From NCBI GenBank assembly GCA_018894655.1, contig JAHIPE010000234.1, positions 1 to 30,462 on the forward strand: a stretch of DNA of 30,462 nt. The letters run 5' to 3'. Numbering within the stretch: the stretch's first letter is position 1; every line of letters starts with the position of its first letter. The notes under the pieces were generated by a model that saw only the letters and a list, made by a program, of their open reading frames with translations, had not been told where the DNA came from and ran no database searches. Position numbers and translations under genes: made by a program. This document shows positions 1 to 7,906 of the stretch, one piece after another. This DNA is from Actinomycetota bacterium. Lineage in GTDB: Bacteria > Actinomycetota > Geothermincolia > Fen-727 > Anoxymicrobiaceae.

Positions 1-96
1 CCGAAGAGCTGCAGTAGCAGCTTATCGTTAATCGAGTGTGACCATGCACTGCCCGAGGTATCAGCGATATCCCGGGCAAATCCTAAAGGGGGACCG

Positions 97-978
97 ATGG
101 AAGTTATCACCGACACCAGCTTCATGGAACTTCCTCTTTTCAAGAAGGGGAAGGTAAGGGACCTCTACGAGGTGGGAGACCTCCTGCTGGTAATCAGCAC
201 CGACCGCATTTCCGCCTTCGACGTCATCATGGACGAGGGAATCCCTGGTAAAGGTGTCGTGCTGAATCAGCTTGCCGCGTTCTGGTTCGAGAAGACCGCT
301 GATATCGTGAGGAACCACGTCGTTTCCACCGACATGAGCGAGCTTCCCTCCGGCATAAGCAAGTTCCGCGAGCAACTCGAAGGCCGGTCAATGCTTGTTC
401 GAAAGGCCGACCCCCTCCCCGTGGAGTGTGTCGTACGTGGCTACCTGTCGGGTGGCGGCTGGAGCGAGTACGGGGAGCTGGGGAGCGTCAGTGGGGTCGA
501 GTTGCCGACCGGACTCCTCCAGGCCGCCAGGCTACCCGAGCCGATCTTCACCCCCGCCACAAAGGCGGAGCCCGGTGAGCACGACGAGAACATCTCCATC
601 GACGCAGTCAAGAAGCAGATCGGCGAAGGTGTCACCGGTGAGGTAGAGCGGATAAGCCTCGACCTCTACGCCAGGGGAGTGGAGATCGCGGAGTCGCGAG
701 GCATCATCCTTGCCGATACCAAGTTCGAGTTCGGTTACTACGCCGGCGAACTCCTGCTCATCGACGAGATACTGACCCCGGATTCCTCCAGGTTCTGGCC
801 CAAGGACAGGTACGAACTCGGACACGACCAGGTCAACCTGGACAAGCAGTTCCTGCGGGACTGGCTCGAGACGCTTGATTGGTCCAAGAGGCCGCCTCCG
901 CCGACGCTCCCGCCGGAGATAATCGAGCAGACCGCCCAGCGATACCGGTATATCCAGGAGGTCCTGCTGGGGGAATAG
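97..978 (+). CDS. purC: Phosphoribosylaminoimidazole-succinocarboxamide (SAICAR) synthase
   Basis: 293 aa with GKVRDLY, DRISAFD, ADTKFEFG, DEILTPDSSRFW and DKQFLRDWL motifs; AAGGGGG RBS upstream of the ATG. Confidence 0.97.
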   Translation: MEVITDTSFMELPLFKKGKVRDLYEVGDLLLVISTDRISAFDVIMDEGIPGKGVVLNQLAAFWFEKTADIVRNHVVSTDMSELPSGISKFREQLEGRSMLVRKADPLPVECVVRGYLSGGGWSEYGELGSVSGVELPTGLLQAARLPEPIFTPATKAEPGEHDENISIDAVKKQIGEGVTGEVERISLDLYARGVEIAESRGIILADTKFEFGYYAGELLLIDEILTPDSSRFWPKDRYELGHDQVNLDKQFLRDWLETLDWSKRPPPPTLPPEIIEQTAQRYRYIQEVLLGE

Positions 979-1166
979 GGCGACTTCGGGCGCAACGGGG
1001 ACGCGGCTTGAGTATTGGTATCTGCGCATAACGGAAATCAGGGGCATGGCGTGAGAGAAGTGACGAGCAGTGGGCGACTGAGAGTCGGCCCTCAAGGGCG
1101 TGGGAGCCCCAGCGCGGGCGATCGTCAGGCCGAGGTGAATCCTTGAGGTGCGAGTTCGTCGGGGGA

Positions 1167-1313
1167 CCCCCCACCTTGATCCTCCCACCTGACCCCCTGG
1201 GACCCCCCATCCCAGCCTTTCCCCCCGGAGGGGGGAAGGGGCAGAGGGGGGAGGAGGTTTGGGGTTATTCCCCCTTGAGGGGGGAACCAGGAGGGGGGCG
1301 AGAGCCCCCCCTC
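1167..1313. repeat. REP/BIME-like cluster of G/C-rich hairpins between convergent genes
   Basis: Hairpins CCTTTCCCCCC-GGA-GGGGGGAAGG (1216-1239), TTCCCCC-TTGA-GGGGGGAA and GAGGGGGG..CCCCCCTC. Segment 1203-1251 matches the reverse complement of 5286-5333 at 46 of 49 positions. Confidence 0.75.
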
Positions 1314-1338
1314 GAGGAATATCCGGTTGTTCTTTATC

Positions 1339-1845
1339 CTACTTTATCGTCTCGAAGTACTTGCAGGCGTGAATCGATGTCGGCCGGGGCTCGTCCGCCC
1401 AGACCGCCCTTACCCGCATGCCGACCTCTATGTCCTTTTCGTCGGTCTCGTTGCTGAAGTGCATCGTTCGTATGTCTGTGCCGTCCAGAGTGACGAATAT
1501 GGAAGTGTAGGGGACCTTCATCAGCTCCCCGGTATTGGGGTTGATGTAGGGGAAGCGAACGATGGTGAACCCCTCAAGCTGGCCCTCCGGTCCGACCTCC
1601 ACCCACTCGTCCATCTCCGCGAAGCACCGGCCGCAGACGGCCCGCGGGGGAACGAACACCCTCTCGCACTCGGGACACTTCGTTCCCATAAACCGCTTGT
1701 TATCCCTCATCTCGGCCAGGTATTTGCTCCAGTAAGGTCCCTGGTGCCAGCCGAAATCGTACTCCAGGTGGCCTGACTCGTGCGTGAGCAGTTCGTACCC
1801 GTCAGGAGTGTGGGTCACTTTCCTGTGGTCCGTGTATATTCCCAT
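1339..1845 (-). CDS. DUF35 Zn-ribbon/OB-fold acyl-CoA-binding protein
   Basis: CPEC...PPRAVCGRC Zn ribbon followed by a WVEVGPEG..GFT OB-fold and GMRVRAVW; GAGGAGG RBS; follows thiolase-like genes. Confidence 0.9.
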   Translation of the reverse strand: MGIYTDHRKVTHTPDGYELLTHESGHLEYDFGWHQGPYWSKYLAEMRDNKRFMGTKCPECERVFVPPRAVCGRCFAEMDEWVEVGPEGQLEGFTIVRFPYINPNTGELMKVPYTSIFVTLDGTDIRTMHFSNETDEKDIEVGMRVRAVWADEPRPTSIHACKYFETIK

Positions 1846-1866
1846 TCAGATTACCTCCTCTCGAGA

Positions 1867-3021
1867 CTACGGCAGTTCCGCGCCGAGTATTATCACGTCC
1901 GACCAGCTACAGCCCCCGAACCCGGTGACCAGCGCCTTCTCCACGTCCGGCACCTGGTGGTCACCGGCCCTGCCCATTATCTGCCAAGCCGCCTCGCCGA
2001 CGCGGATAAGGCCCGTCGCGCCTATCGGGTTGGTGGCGATAACACCACCCGACGGGTTGACCGGCAGTTGCCCGTCTATCTCGAGCGTCCCTTTGCGGAC
2101 AAGCTCCGGGGCGCCGCCCTTGTCGCAGAACCACAGGGAGTCCATCCACTTGACCCCGCAGGTGGAGGCGGGAATGTACAGCTCCGCCACGTCGAACTCC
2201 TTCAACGGGTCGGCTATCCCCGCTATCTTGTACGCCTCCTTCGACGCCCGCTCCAGGGTCGGCATCCCTTTCCACTCTAGGTCCCCGAAGTGGGTGTAGT
2301 CGTGACGTACAACCGAGGCGTGGACCCACGCCGGCCTGGGGCAGAGAGCCTTCGCCTTCTCCTCGGAGGCGAAGATGACAGCGCAGGCGCCGTCGGAGCG
2401 GGGGCAGATGTCCAGGAACTTGATGGGGAACGACAGCATCGGGGAGTTCATCACGTCCTCCACCGTGACCTTCATCTGGTTGTGGGCGTACTGGTTGTTG
2501 AGCGCGTTGTTGCGGTCCCTGACCGCCACTATCGCCGCGTCCTCCTGGGTGGCCCCGTACGCCTTCATATACATGGAGTACTCCGAGGCCAGTGGACCGA
2601 TCGCCCCAGCGAACGCGTCCCTCTCCAGGACCGGGTTGGCGCAGGTGGCGATTGCCGCCTGGGTGTCCGACTCGGAGTTTTTCTCCCAGCCCACCATCAT
2701 GACGGTGTCGAAAAGACCGCACCCCGCGTGGTAGTAACCGCAGGCCCCCAACGTGGTCCCGGTTGTCCCGCCGGTGCTCACCTTGAACACCGGCTTCATG
2801 CAGGCGCCCAGCCCGTCCGTGGCCCACATGTCCACGTAGTTGATGTTCTCGAAGTGGTCCATGTTGCCTATGACAATCGCGTCTATCTGGTCCAGGGTCA
2901 TCTCGGCGTCGTCCAGCGAGCGGGTTACCGCCTCGCTGATGAGCTCGACCCCGGACGCGTCAAGACGCTTGGCCGCGTGGTGAGTCTGGCCAACCCCTAT
3001 TATTCCAACTCGATTTCCCAT
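1867..3021 (-). CDS. SCP2-type thiolase-fold protein (Ltp3-like, probable retro-aldolase subunit)
   Basis: IGVGQT start, DGACAVI and VNPSGGVIATNPIGATG motifs. The canonical thiolase nucleophile Cys region reads VSTGGTTG. The overall pattern resembles actinobacterial Ltp3 (from memory). Confidence 0.85.
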   Translation of the reverse strand: MGNRVGIIGVGQTHHAAKRLDASGVELISEAVTRSLDDAEMTLDQIDAIVIGNMDHFENINYVDMWATDGLGACMKPVFKVSTGGTTGTTLGACGYYHAGCGLFDTVMMVGWEKNSESDTQAAIATCANPVLERDAFAGAIGPLASEYSMYMKAYGATQEDAAIVAVRDRNNALNNQYAHNQMKVTVEDVMNSPMLSFPIKFLDICPRSDGACAVIFASEEKAKALCPRPAWVHASVVRHDYTHFGDLEWKGMPTLERASKEAYKIAGIADPLKEFDVAELYIPASTCGVKWMDSLWFCDKGGAPELVRKGTLEIDGQLPVNPSGGVIATNPIGATGLIRVGEAAWQIMGRAGDHQVPDVEKALVTGFGGCSWSDVIILGAELP

Positions 3022-3033
3022 ATTGCATTCCCC

Positions 3034-4179
3034 CTACTTACCCAATATCCAAACGCAATGAGCCTGCCCGCACATGCCGTTGATGCCATGGGCCAGAGCC
3101 GTCTTCGCTCCCTCGACCTGCCGCTCTCCTGCTTCTTCCCTGAGCTGCAGGACACACTCCGCCATACAAGCCAGGCCGGCTACCTGCACCGGGTTGGCCG
3201 ACAGGCGGCCGCCTGACGGGTTCACCGGAAGCTTCCCGCCGAAGTCGAAGACCCCGCGCTCCAGGTACTCAGCGCCCATGCCGTCGTCGCAGAAGCCGAG
3301 GCCCTCCAGCCACATCAGCTCCATGTAGGTGAACGCGTCGTAGACCTCTGCGAGATCGATATCGGATGGCTCCAGTCCCGCCATGGCGTAGGCGGTCCGG
3401 GCCGCCTCCTTCAGCGCGCGGGTGTCGGACAGGTCGCGGTCCCCCAGGTGGAACGCGTCGCTGCAGTGGCCGACGCCGTTGAGCCACACTCTCTTATCAT
3501 GGGTGCTTAGTTGCTTGGCCTCGTGCTGCGCCGCCAGTATCAGGGCACACGCCCCGTCGGTGGGAGCGGAGCAATCAAGCTTCTTCAGCGGGGTGGAGAT
3601 CATCGGGGAGTTCATGACGTCCTCCACGGTGATGTCCATCGGCAGCATTGCCAGTGGATTTCGCTTCGCGTTGCCGTGGTTCTTGACCGAAACCGGCGCT
3701 ATCTGCTCCTCGAGTATCCCCCACCGGTCCATGTACCTGCGGGCCTGAAGAGCCGCGGAGGTGACCGCGTCCAGCCCGAGCCTTCTTTCCACCAGTGGGT
3801 CAAACGAGGTGTTGGTGATGCCGCTCATGCTGCTCTCGGTGCCCTTGTGGTGCGCAACGATTAGGCCTACCCCGAAGTTCCCGGAGAGGATGCGCATAGC
3901 CCCGTACATCGCCCCGAAGGTTCCGTCGCCCTCGACCGTTGTGATGTCCTTGCCGAACGCCCCCACGGCGTCCTGGATGGCCATGCTGGAGATCGTTCTG
4001 CCATCCCAGAAGTCGCTCGAGACGGACACGATGTTGTCAACGTCGTCGATGGTTATGCCGGCATCCTCGAGCGCCCTGGTTACTACCTCGTAGACAAGCT
4101 CGGAGAACGTCTCCCGCTTGCCCTTCTCGTACTTTGTCTGGCCTACTCCTATGACAGCCACTCTATCCAATAATCTCAC
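3034..4179 (-). CDS. SCP2-type thiolase-fold protein (Ltp4-like)
   Basis: VAVIGVGQT, DGACALIL, AEVYDAF and VNPSGGRLSANP motifs; the catalytic Cys position reads VEGDGTFG. Confidence 0.85.
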   Translation of the reverse strand: MRLLDRVAVIGVGQTKYEKGKRETFSELVYEVVTRALEDAGITIDDVDNIVSVSSDFWDGRTISSMAIQDAVGAFGKDITTVEGDGTFGAMYGAMRILSGNFGVGLIVAHHKGTESSMSGITNTSFDPLVERRLGLDAVTSAALQARRYMDRWGILEEQIAPVSVKNHGNAKRNPLAMLPMDITVEDVMNSPMISTPLKKLDCSAPTDGACALILAAQHEAKQLSTHDKRVWLNGVGHCSDAFHLGDRDLSDTRALKEAARTAYAMAGLEPSDIDLAEVYDAFTYMELMWLEGLGFCDDGMGAEYLERGVFDFGGKLPVNPSGGRLSANPVQVAGLACMAECVLQLREEAGERQVEGAKTALAHGINGMCGQAHCVWILGK

Positions 4180-4206
4180 CGCCGTTCCTTATCTCGCGTG
4201 GAAACT

Positions 4207-4680
4207 CTACTCGATCGGACGGAAGCACTCGATGTCCATGAAGTTGCCCTCGCGCTCCTTGGACATCACCGCCTCCACCCTCATGCCCGACTTCACCTTA
4301 TCGGGTTCGACCCCCTCGATGAAGTGGACCAGGCCCGTGTCGGCGCCGTCCATCTTGACAATGCCGTAGACGAATGGCGGCTCCTTGGGGTAAACACCCG
4401 GCTCCGGATGCTGCACCACCGTGTACGTCTCCAGGACGCCGGTGCCGGCCAGTTTCACCCAGTCGTTCATGTCCTTGTAACAGTAGATGCACTTCTTCCT
4501 GGGAGGAACGAACACCATCTCGCAGGAGGGGCAACGGTTTGCCCAGATCTCGGCATTATCCCTCATCATGCCGTACCACTTGCTCAAGGTGCTGCCGACC
4601 GTCCACGAGTACGGCACGCATATCTTGCCGTCGAAGACGATCTCCTCCACCTCGTCCTTCCAATCAGCCAACTGCCTCAC
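4207..4680 (-). CDS. DUF35 Zn-ribbon/OB-fold protein
   Basis: CPSC...PPRKKCIYC, GVLETYTVV and GMRVEAV motifs. The start could instead be TTG at 4671 (GAGGT 7 nt upstream). Confidence 0.9.
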   Translation of the reverse strand: MRQLADWKDEVEEIVFDGKICVPYSWTVGSTLSKWYGMMRDNAEIWANRCPSCEMVFVPPRKKCIYCYKDMNDWVKLAGTGVLETYTVVQHPEPGVYPKEPPFVYGIVKMDGADTGLVHFIEGVEPDKVKSGMRVEAVMSKEREGNFMDIECFRPIE

Positions 4681-4807
4681 CTCTTTTCGCCAGGCCGAAC
4701 CAGCTTACGTTCCCTCGTGTGAAATCGGTCCCCTTTCCTTGCACCGCCCCGTGCCCCAGGTGCACAAAGCGAGACTATTCTATATCGTTTGCGCTCACAA
4801 TAAAACA

Positions 4808-4838
4808 AGGGAAGCAGGTTTCCCTATTTTCTGTTTTT
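4808..4838 (+). terminator. Possible intrinsic terminator-like hairpin
   Basis: AGGGAA-GCAGGT-TTCCCT followed by ATTTTCTGTTTTT. The stem is short and no upstream plus-strand gene is evident. Confidence 0.3.
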
Positions 4839-5180
4839 AAGCCCCTGGTTTGACCCAAAAGTCAGACTATTGAGTGGGATACCCGGAGCCCGTTCCTTCT
4901 CTGTGAAAAGTCAAGACTTAAAACCTGACCCCATTATTTGACAAAAAAGTCAAGATTTATGCCCCCTCTGCATTAATAATGCAACATAAAGGTCAAACAA
5001 GGGGAAGGTCGGATTTGTGGACGCAGGCGCGGAGTTTTACCTGGGAGGATCGACGATATCGAGGTTGTCAGAAAAGAGGTACGGGCCTGGCAAGAATTCA
5101 GAAACAACAAGAACGCCAAGGTCAACTGGCAGTTTACAACCGAGGATGCCCGGATAAAGCTATCTCGTCTTTATCCGACA

Positions 5181-5468
5181 AGGGGGGTATCCATTTAGCT
5201 CCACTTGCGAACCTTTAGCTTTGTCCCATGATTGATGGTTGAGATCCCCATCAAGCTCTGGGGGGAAGGTGCCCCCCTTATCCTTCCCCCCTCTGCCCCT
5301 TCCCCCCACTGGGGGGAAGGCTGGGATGGGGGGCTCCGAACACCAAGCCAACCCCCACCTCAATCCTCCCCCTGCGAGTGGGAGGATTGAGGTGGGGGGG
5401 GAGTAAGAAGAGAGACGGGCTTGATACACAACATATTGTGTCTGGTGGAGCTAAATGGATACCCCCCT
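5181..5468. mobile_element. Non-autonomous miniature inverted-repeat element (MITE), 288 bp
   Basis: Perfect 24-bp TIRs AGGGGGGTATCCATTTAGCTCCAC (5181-5204 and reverse complement 5445-5468), direct repeat CCGACA on both sides (5175-5180, 5469-5474), and no transposase inside. Confidence 0.9.
5286..5398. repeat. REP-like hairpins carried inside the MITE
   Basis: Perfect 19-bp stem CCCCCACCTCAATCCTCCC (5352-5370)/(5380-5398) with a 9-nt loop, plus a CCTTCCCCCC-ACT-GGGGGGAAGG hairpin; related to 1167-1251. Confidence 0.8.
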
Positions 5469-5493
5469 CCGACACTTGAAGGTTGACGCGACA

Positions 5494-6453
5494 CTAGAGG
5501 CTTAACATCTTCTCGACCGGGATTAACGCTCTTGCTCGCACCTCCCTGGGGACAACGACTCTTGGTTCCAGGGTTTCGAGAGCCCACAAGACCTTTGAGA
5601 GGGTAATGAGTTTCATATTCGGGCAAAGCGGTTCGTTGGCGGTCGGATAAAAGGATTTACTGGGAACAGCACGCTTCAGTGGATAGATCATCCCGGACTC
5701 GGTAGCGACAATGAATTCCGTAGCACTTGACTCCTGAGCCGCGGCCACCATGCCGGAAGTGCTTCTGATATGGTCCGCAATCGAGAGTATCTCGTCAGTA
5801 CACTCGGGGTGGGCGATCGTTTCAGCCCCGGGGTGCTTTTCGAGCGCTTCCAGTACATGCTCCGCGGTTATACCCTGGTGCACGTGGCAGTATCCTTCCC
5901 ACGGGATTATTCTCTTGTCTGTCACCTGTTTGGCAACGTATCCGGCCAGGTTCTGGTCCGGAAGGAAGAGAATCTCGTCCGCATCGACCTCCTGCGTCAC
6001 GCGCACCGCGTTCGAGGAGGTGCAGCAGTAGTCGCTTTCGGCTTTCACTGCAGCGGTCGTGTTCACGTAAGAAATGACCTTTGCGTTGGGATGAAGTCTC
6101 TTCGCCTTCCTGACTGCGTCCAGGGGCGCCATGTCAGCCATCGGGCAACCTGCGCGGATCTCAGGAAGTAGCACGATCCTATCAGGGTTCACTATGGCGG
6201 CGGTCTCAGCCATGAAATGAACTCCGCAGAAGACAATCACGTCGGAGTCCGTCTCCGAAGCCTTGAGCGCGAGGCCAAGTGAATCGCCGATGAAATCGCC
6301 GATGTCCTGGATCTCCGGTCGCTGGTAGTTGTGCACGAGTATCACGGCGTTTTTTCTTCTCTTCTCTTCGATGATCAACCCGACAAGAGTCTCGTCGTCG
6401 ACCAGGCTTCTCTCAAGAATGATGTCCGTGTCTGATTCCTCACTGCCCGGCAT
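5494..6453 (-). CDS. nadA: Quinolinate synthase A ([4Fe-4S])
   Basis: LVHNYQ, FCGVHFMAE, GCPMAD, YVNT, CHVH, AHPEC and CPNMK motifs. Confidence 0.97.
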   Translation of the reverse strand: MPGSEESDTDIILERSLVDDETLVGLIIEEKRRKNAVILVHNYQRPEIQDIGDFIGDSLGLALKASETDSDVIVFCGVHFMAETAAIVNPDRIVLLPEIRAGCPMADMAPLDAVRKAKRLHPNAKVISYVNTTAAVKAESDYCCTSSNAVRVTQEVDADEILFLPDQNLAGYVAKQVTDKRIIPWEGYCHVHQGITAEHVLEALEKHPGAETIAHPECTDEILSIADHIRSTSGMVAAAQESSATEFIVATESGMIYPLKRAVPSKSFYPTANEPLCPNMKLITLSKVLWALETLEPRVVVPREVRARALIPVEKMLSL

Positions 6454-6456
6454 CTG

Positions 6457-7311
6457 TCAAATACCTCCGACCTGACAGCCTGGACCGAGCATATCCGCCC
6501 GGCTTTCTGTCAGTTGCACGACTCTCTGCGCATGCGTGTAGACGTTCATCCTCTTTCCGCGCGCGAATCCGACAACCGTTATCCCGAGCTTGCCTGCTGC
6601 GTCAACCGCAAGCGAAGTGGGTGCAGAGCGTGAGACGATGACCGGTGCATGCAACCGCGCGACCTTGAAGACTATTTCCGATGAAATCCTGCCCGTTGTG
6701 AGAACAATCTTGTCTGCCGTTGGAATTGCCCTCATGAAGCATCTCCCGGCGATCCGGTCAAGCGCGTTGTGTCTTCCTATGTCCTCCACGATCAGTAGAA
6801 TGCTTTCCTGATTACACAACGCGCAGGAGTGAGTACCACCGCTTTCAAGAAACGCCAGGCCACTTTTCTGAAACTCCTTCATGAGCCTGGTGAGGTGATG
6901 TGAATAGATCTCGAGCCGTGAATCCACGGGATGGATACCCGTTGCGTCGGTTCCGCGATAGTAAGGAACTGCATTTGAGCACCCCGAGCCGACCAGCCGC
7001 GCGCCGTGGTCGCCTTCGAACAGCACGTATTTCTCGGGAACGCTGACCCTCAGAGAACCGCTTCTTGGATTGAACTTCAGGGAGTACGATTCCGACTCCG
7101 GGGCTATGATGCCTTCGGAAAGCAGGAATCCGAGCGCCAGCTCTTCGGGTTCTCCAGGGCTGGAGAGTATGGTTGCCACCTCCGTTCCGTTGAGCACCAC
7201 GGTAAGCGGTGTCTCTGCCGCTACGAGATCGTCCAGGCACTGGCCCGAACCTGATTCGATGCGTACAACGGGAAGCGTAACCAGTTTTCTTTGCCAGATC
7301 TCAGACTCCAA
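6457..7311 (-). CDS. fdhD: Formate dehydrogenase accessory sulfurtransferase
   Basis: ETPLTV, GFLLSEGI, GSGC, GGTHSCAL, EDIGRHNALD, TTGRISSEIV and GFARGKRMNVYT motifs. Confidence 0.95.
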   Translation of the reverse strand: MESEIWQRKLVTLPVVRIESGSGQCLDDLVAAETPLTVVLNGTEVATILSSPGEPEELALGFLLSEGIIAPESESYSLKFNPRSGSLRVSVPEKYVLFEGDHGARLVGSGCSNAVPYYRGTDATGIHPVDSRLEIYSHHLTRLMKEFQKSGLAFLESGGTHSCALCNQESILLIVEDIGRHNALDRIAGRCFMRAIPTADKIVLTTGRISSEIVFKVARLHAPVIVSRSAPTSLAVDAAGKLGITVVGFARGKRMNVYTHAQRVVQLTESRADMLGPGCQVGGI

Positions 7312-7434
7312 TGGCGGATTCCTTTCGCTCTGGGCAAAGCCCCACGCACTTTATGAGATATAATGCAACTATTTTAACGAAGTTTTACGATACTTGGCTC
7401 AGAGAGGCGACACTTGCCGCAGCCTCTCCACGTG

Positions 7435-7875
7435 TCAATCGCCATGCCGGCCGATCCCCTGTATCTCCTCCCAGCGATTCTGCAGATCCTCGAGCGTCTT
7501 CTTCTCCAGAACGTCTCGCATTGCCAATGTCATCTCGCCCCAGAGCTCTCTGGTGATGCAGTCCTCGACACGGTCACAAACAGAGGGTTCCCTCAAGCAC
7601 TCGATGGGCGCGAGACTACCCTCGAGCGCCTCAAAGATCTCGTCAAGGCGTATCTCAGGGGCCGGGCGGGCCAAGCGGTAGCCGCCACTCGCTCCACGCT
7701 CTGCCTCGACGAGGTTCCTGTTCTTCAAGAGCTTCATCATGTGCTCGAGGTACCTCTTAGAGATCTCCTGCCGCCGGGCGATGTCCTTCAGGAGCACCAG
7801 CCCTGCTTCGCTGCCATTGACGGCGAGGTCCAGCATGGCCCGCATCCCGTACCGTGCCCTGGTTGATATCTTCAT
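7435..7875 (-). CDS. Rrf2-family transcriptional regulator, IscR-like with three C-terminal Cys
   Basis: MKISTRARYGMRAMLDLA, ISKRYLE and RGASGGYRL motifs, plus C-X6-C-X5-C (ECLREPSVCDRVEDC), typical of Fe-S-binding Rrf2 proteins. Confidence 0.93.
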   Translation of the reverse strand: MKISTRARYGMRAMLDLAVNGSEAGLVLLKDIARRQEISKRYLEHMMKLLKNRNLVEAERGASGGYRLARPAPEIRLDEIFEALEGSLAPIECLREPSVCDRVEDCITRELWGEMTLAMRDVLEKKTLEDLQNRWEEIQGIGRHGD

Positions 7876-7906
7876 CTTGTCCTCCCTGGAAAGCGGCGCT
7901 GATTAC

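Larger units (their letters stand above)
5043..5497 (+). pseudogene. IS630-family transposase 3' remnant plus right end, split by a MITE
   Basis: 5043-5180 reads GRIDDIEVVRKEVRAWQEFRNNKNAKVNWQFTTEDARIKLSRLYPT and resumes LEG-stop at 5475-5486 once the insert is removed. It ends TGACGCGACACTAG at a CTAG/TA target. WQFTTEDARIKL..LYP is a typical IS630 C-terminus (from memory). Confidence 0.85.

Noticed and set aside
1143-1457. Track ORF 1143..1457 rich in Pro/Gly
   Set aside because: It is a translation of the G/C hairpin repeat.
1780-3864. Long antisense or alternate-frame ORFs (e.g. 1961..2827, 2290..3216) and similar ones throughout, such as 9381..9995, 13037..13840, 17595..18431 and 25002..25712
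   Set aside because: Shadow ORFs expected in high-GC coding DNA; they overlap well-supported genes and have no motifs.
5182-5467. Tn3-family assignment of the MITE based on GGGG ends
   Set aside because: No 5-bp target duplication flanks a GGGG start and the TIR is only 24 bp.
4979-5626. Track ORFs 4979..5218, 5160..5429, 5278..5475 and 5360..5626
   Set aside because: They are off-frame readings of the IS630 remnant, MITE and REP hairpins or of the nadA 3' end; the PPIPAFPP-type peptides are repeat translations.
7312-7434. Separate promoter or ModE-type box before fdhD
   Set aside because: The region is AT-rich but I found no convincing -35/-10 pair or palindrome; left undecided.
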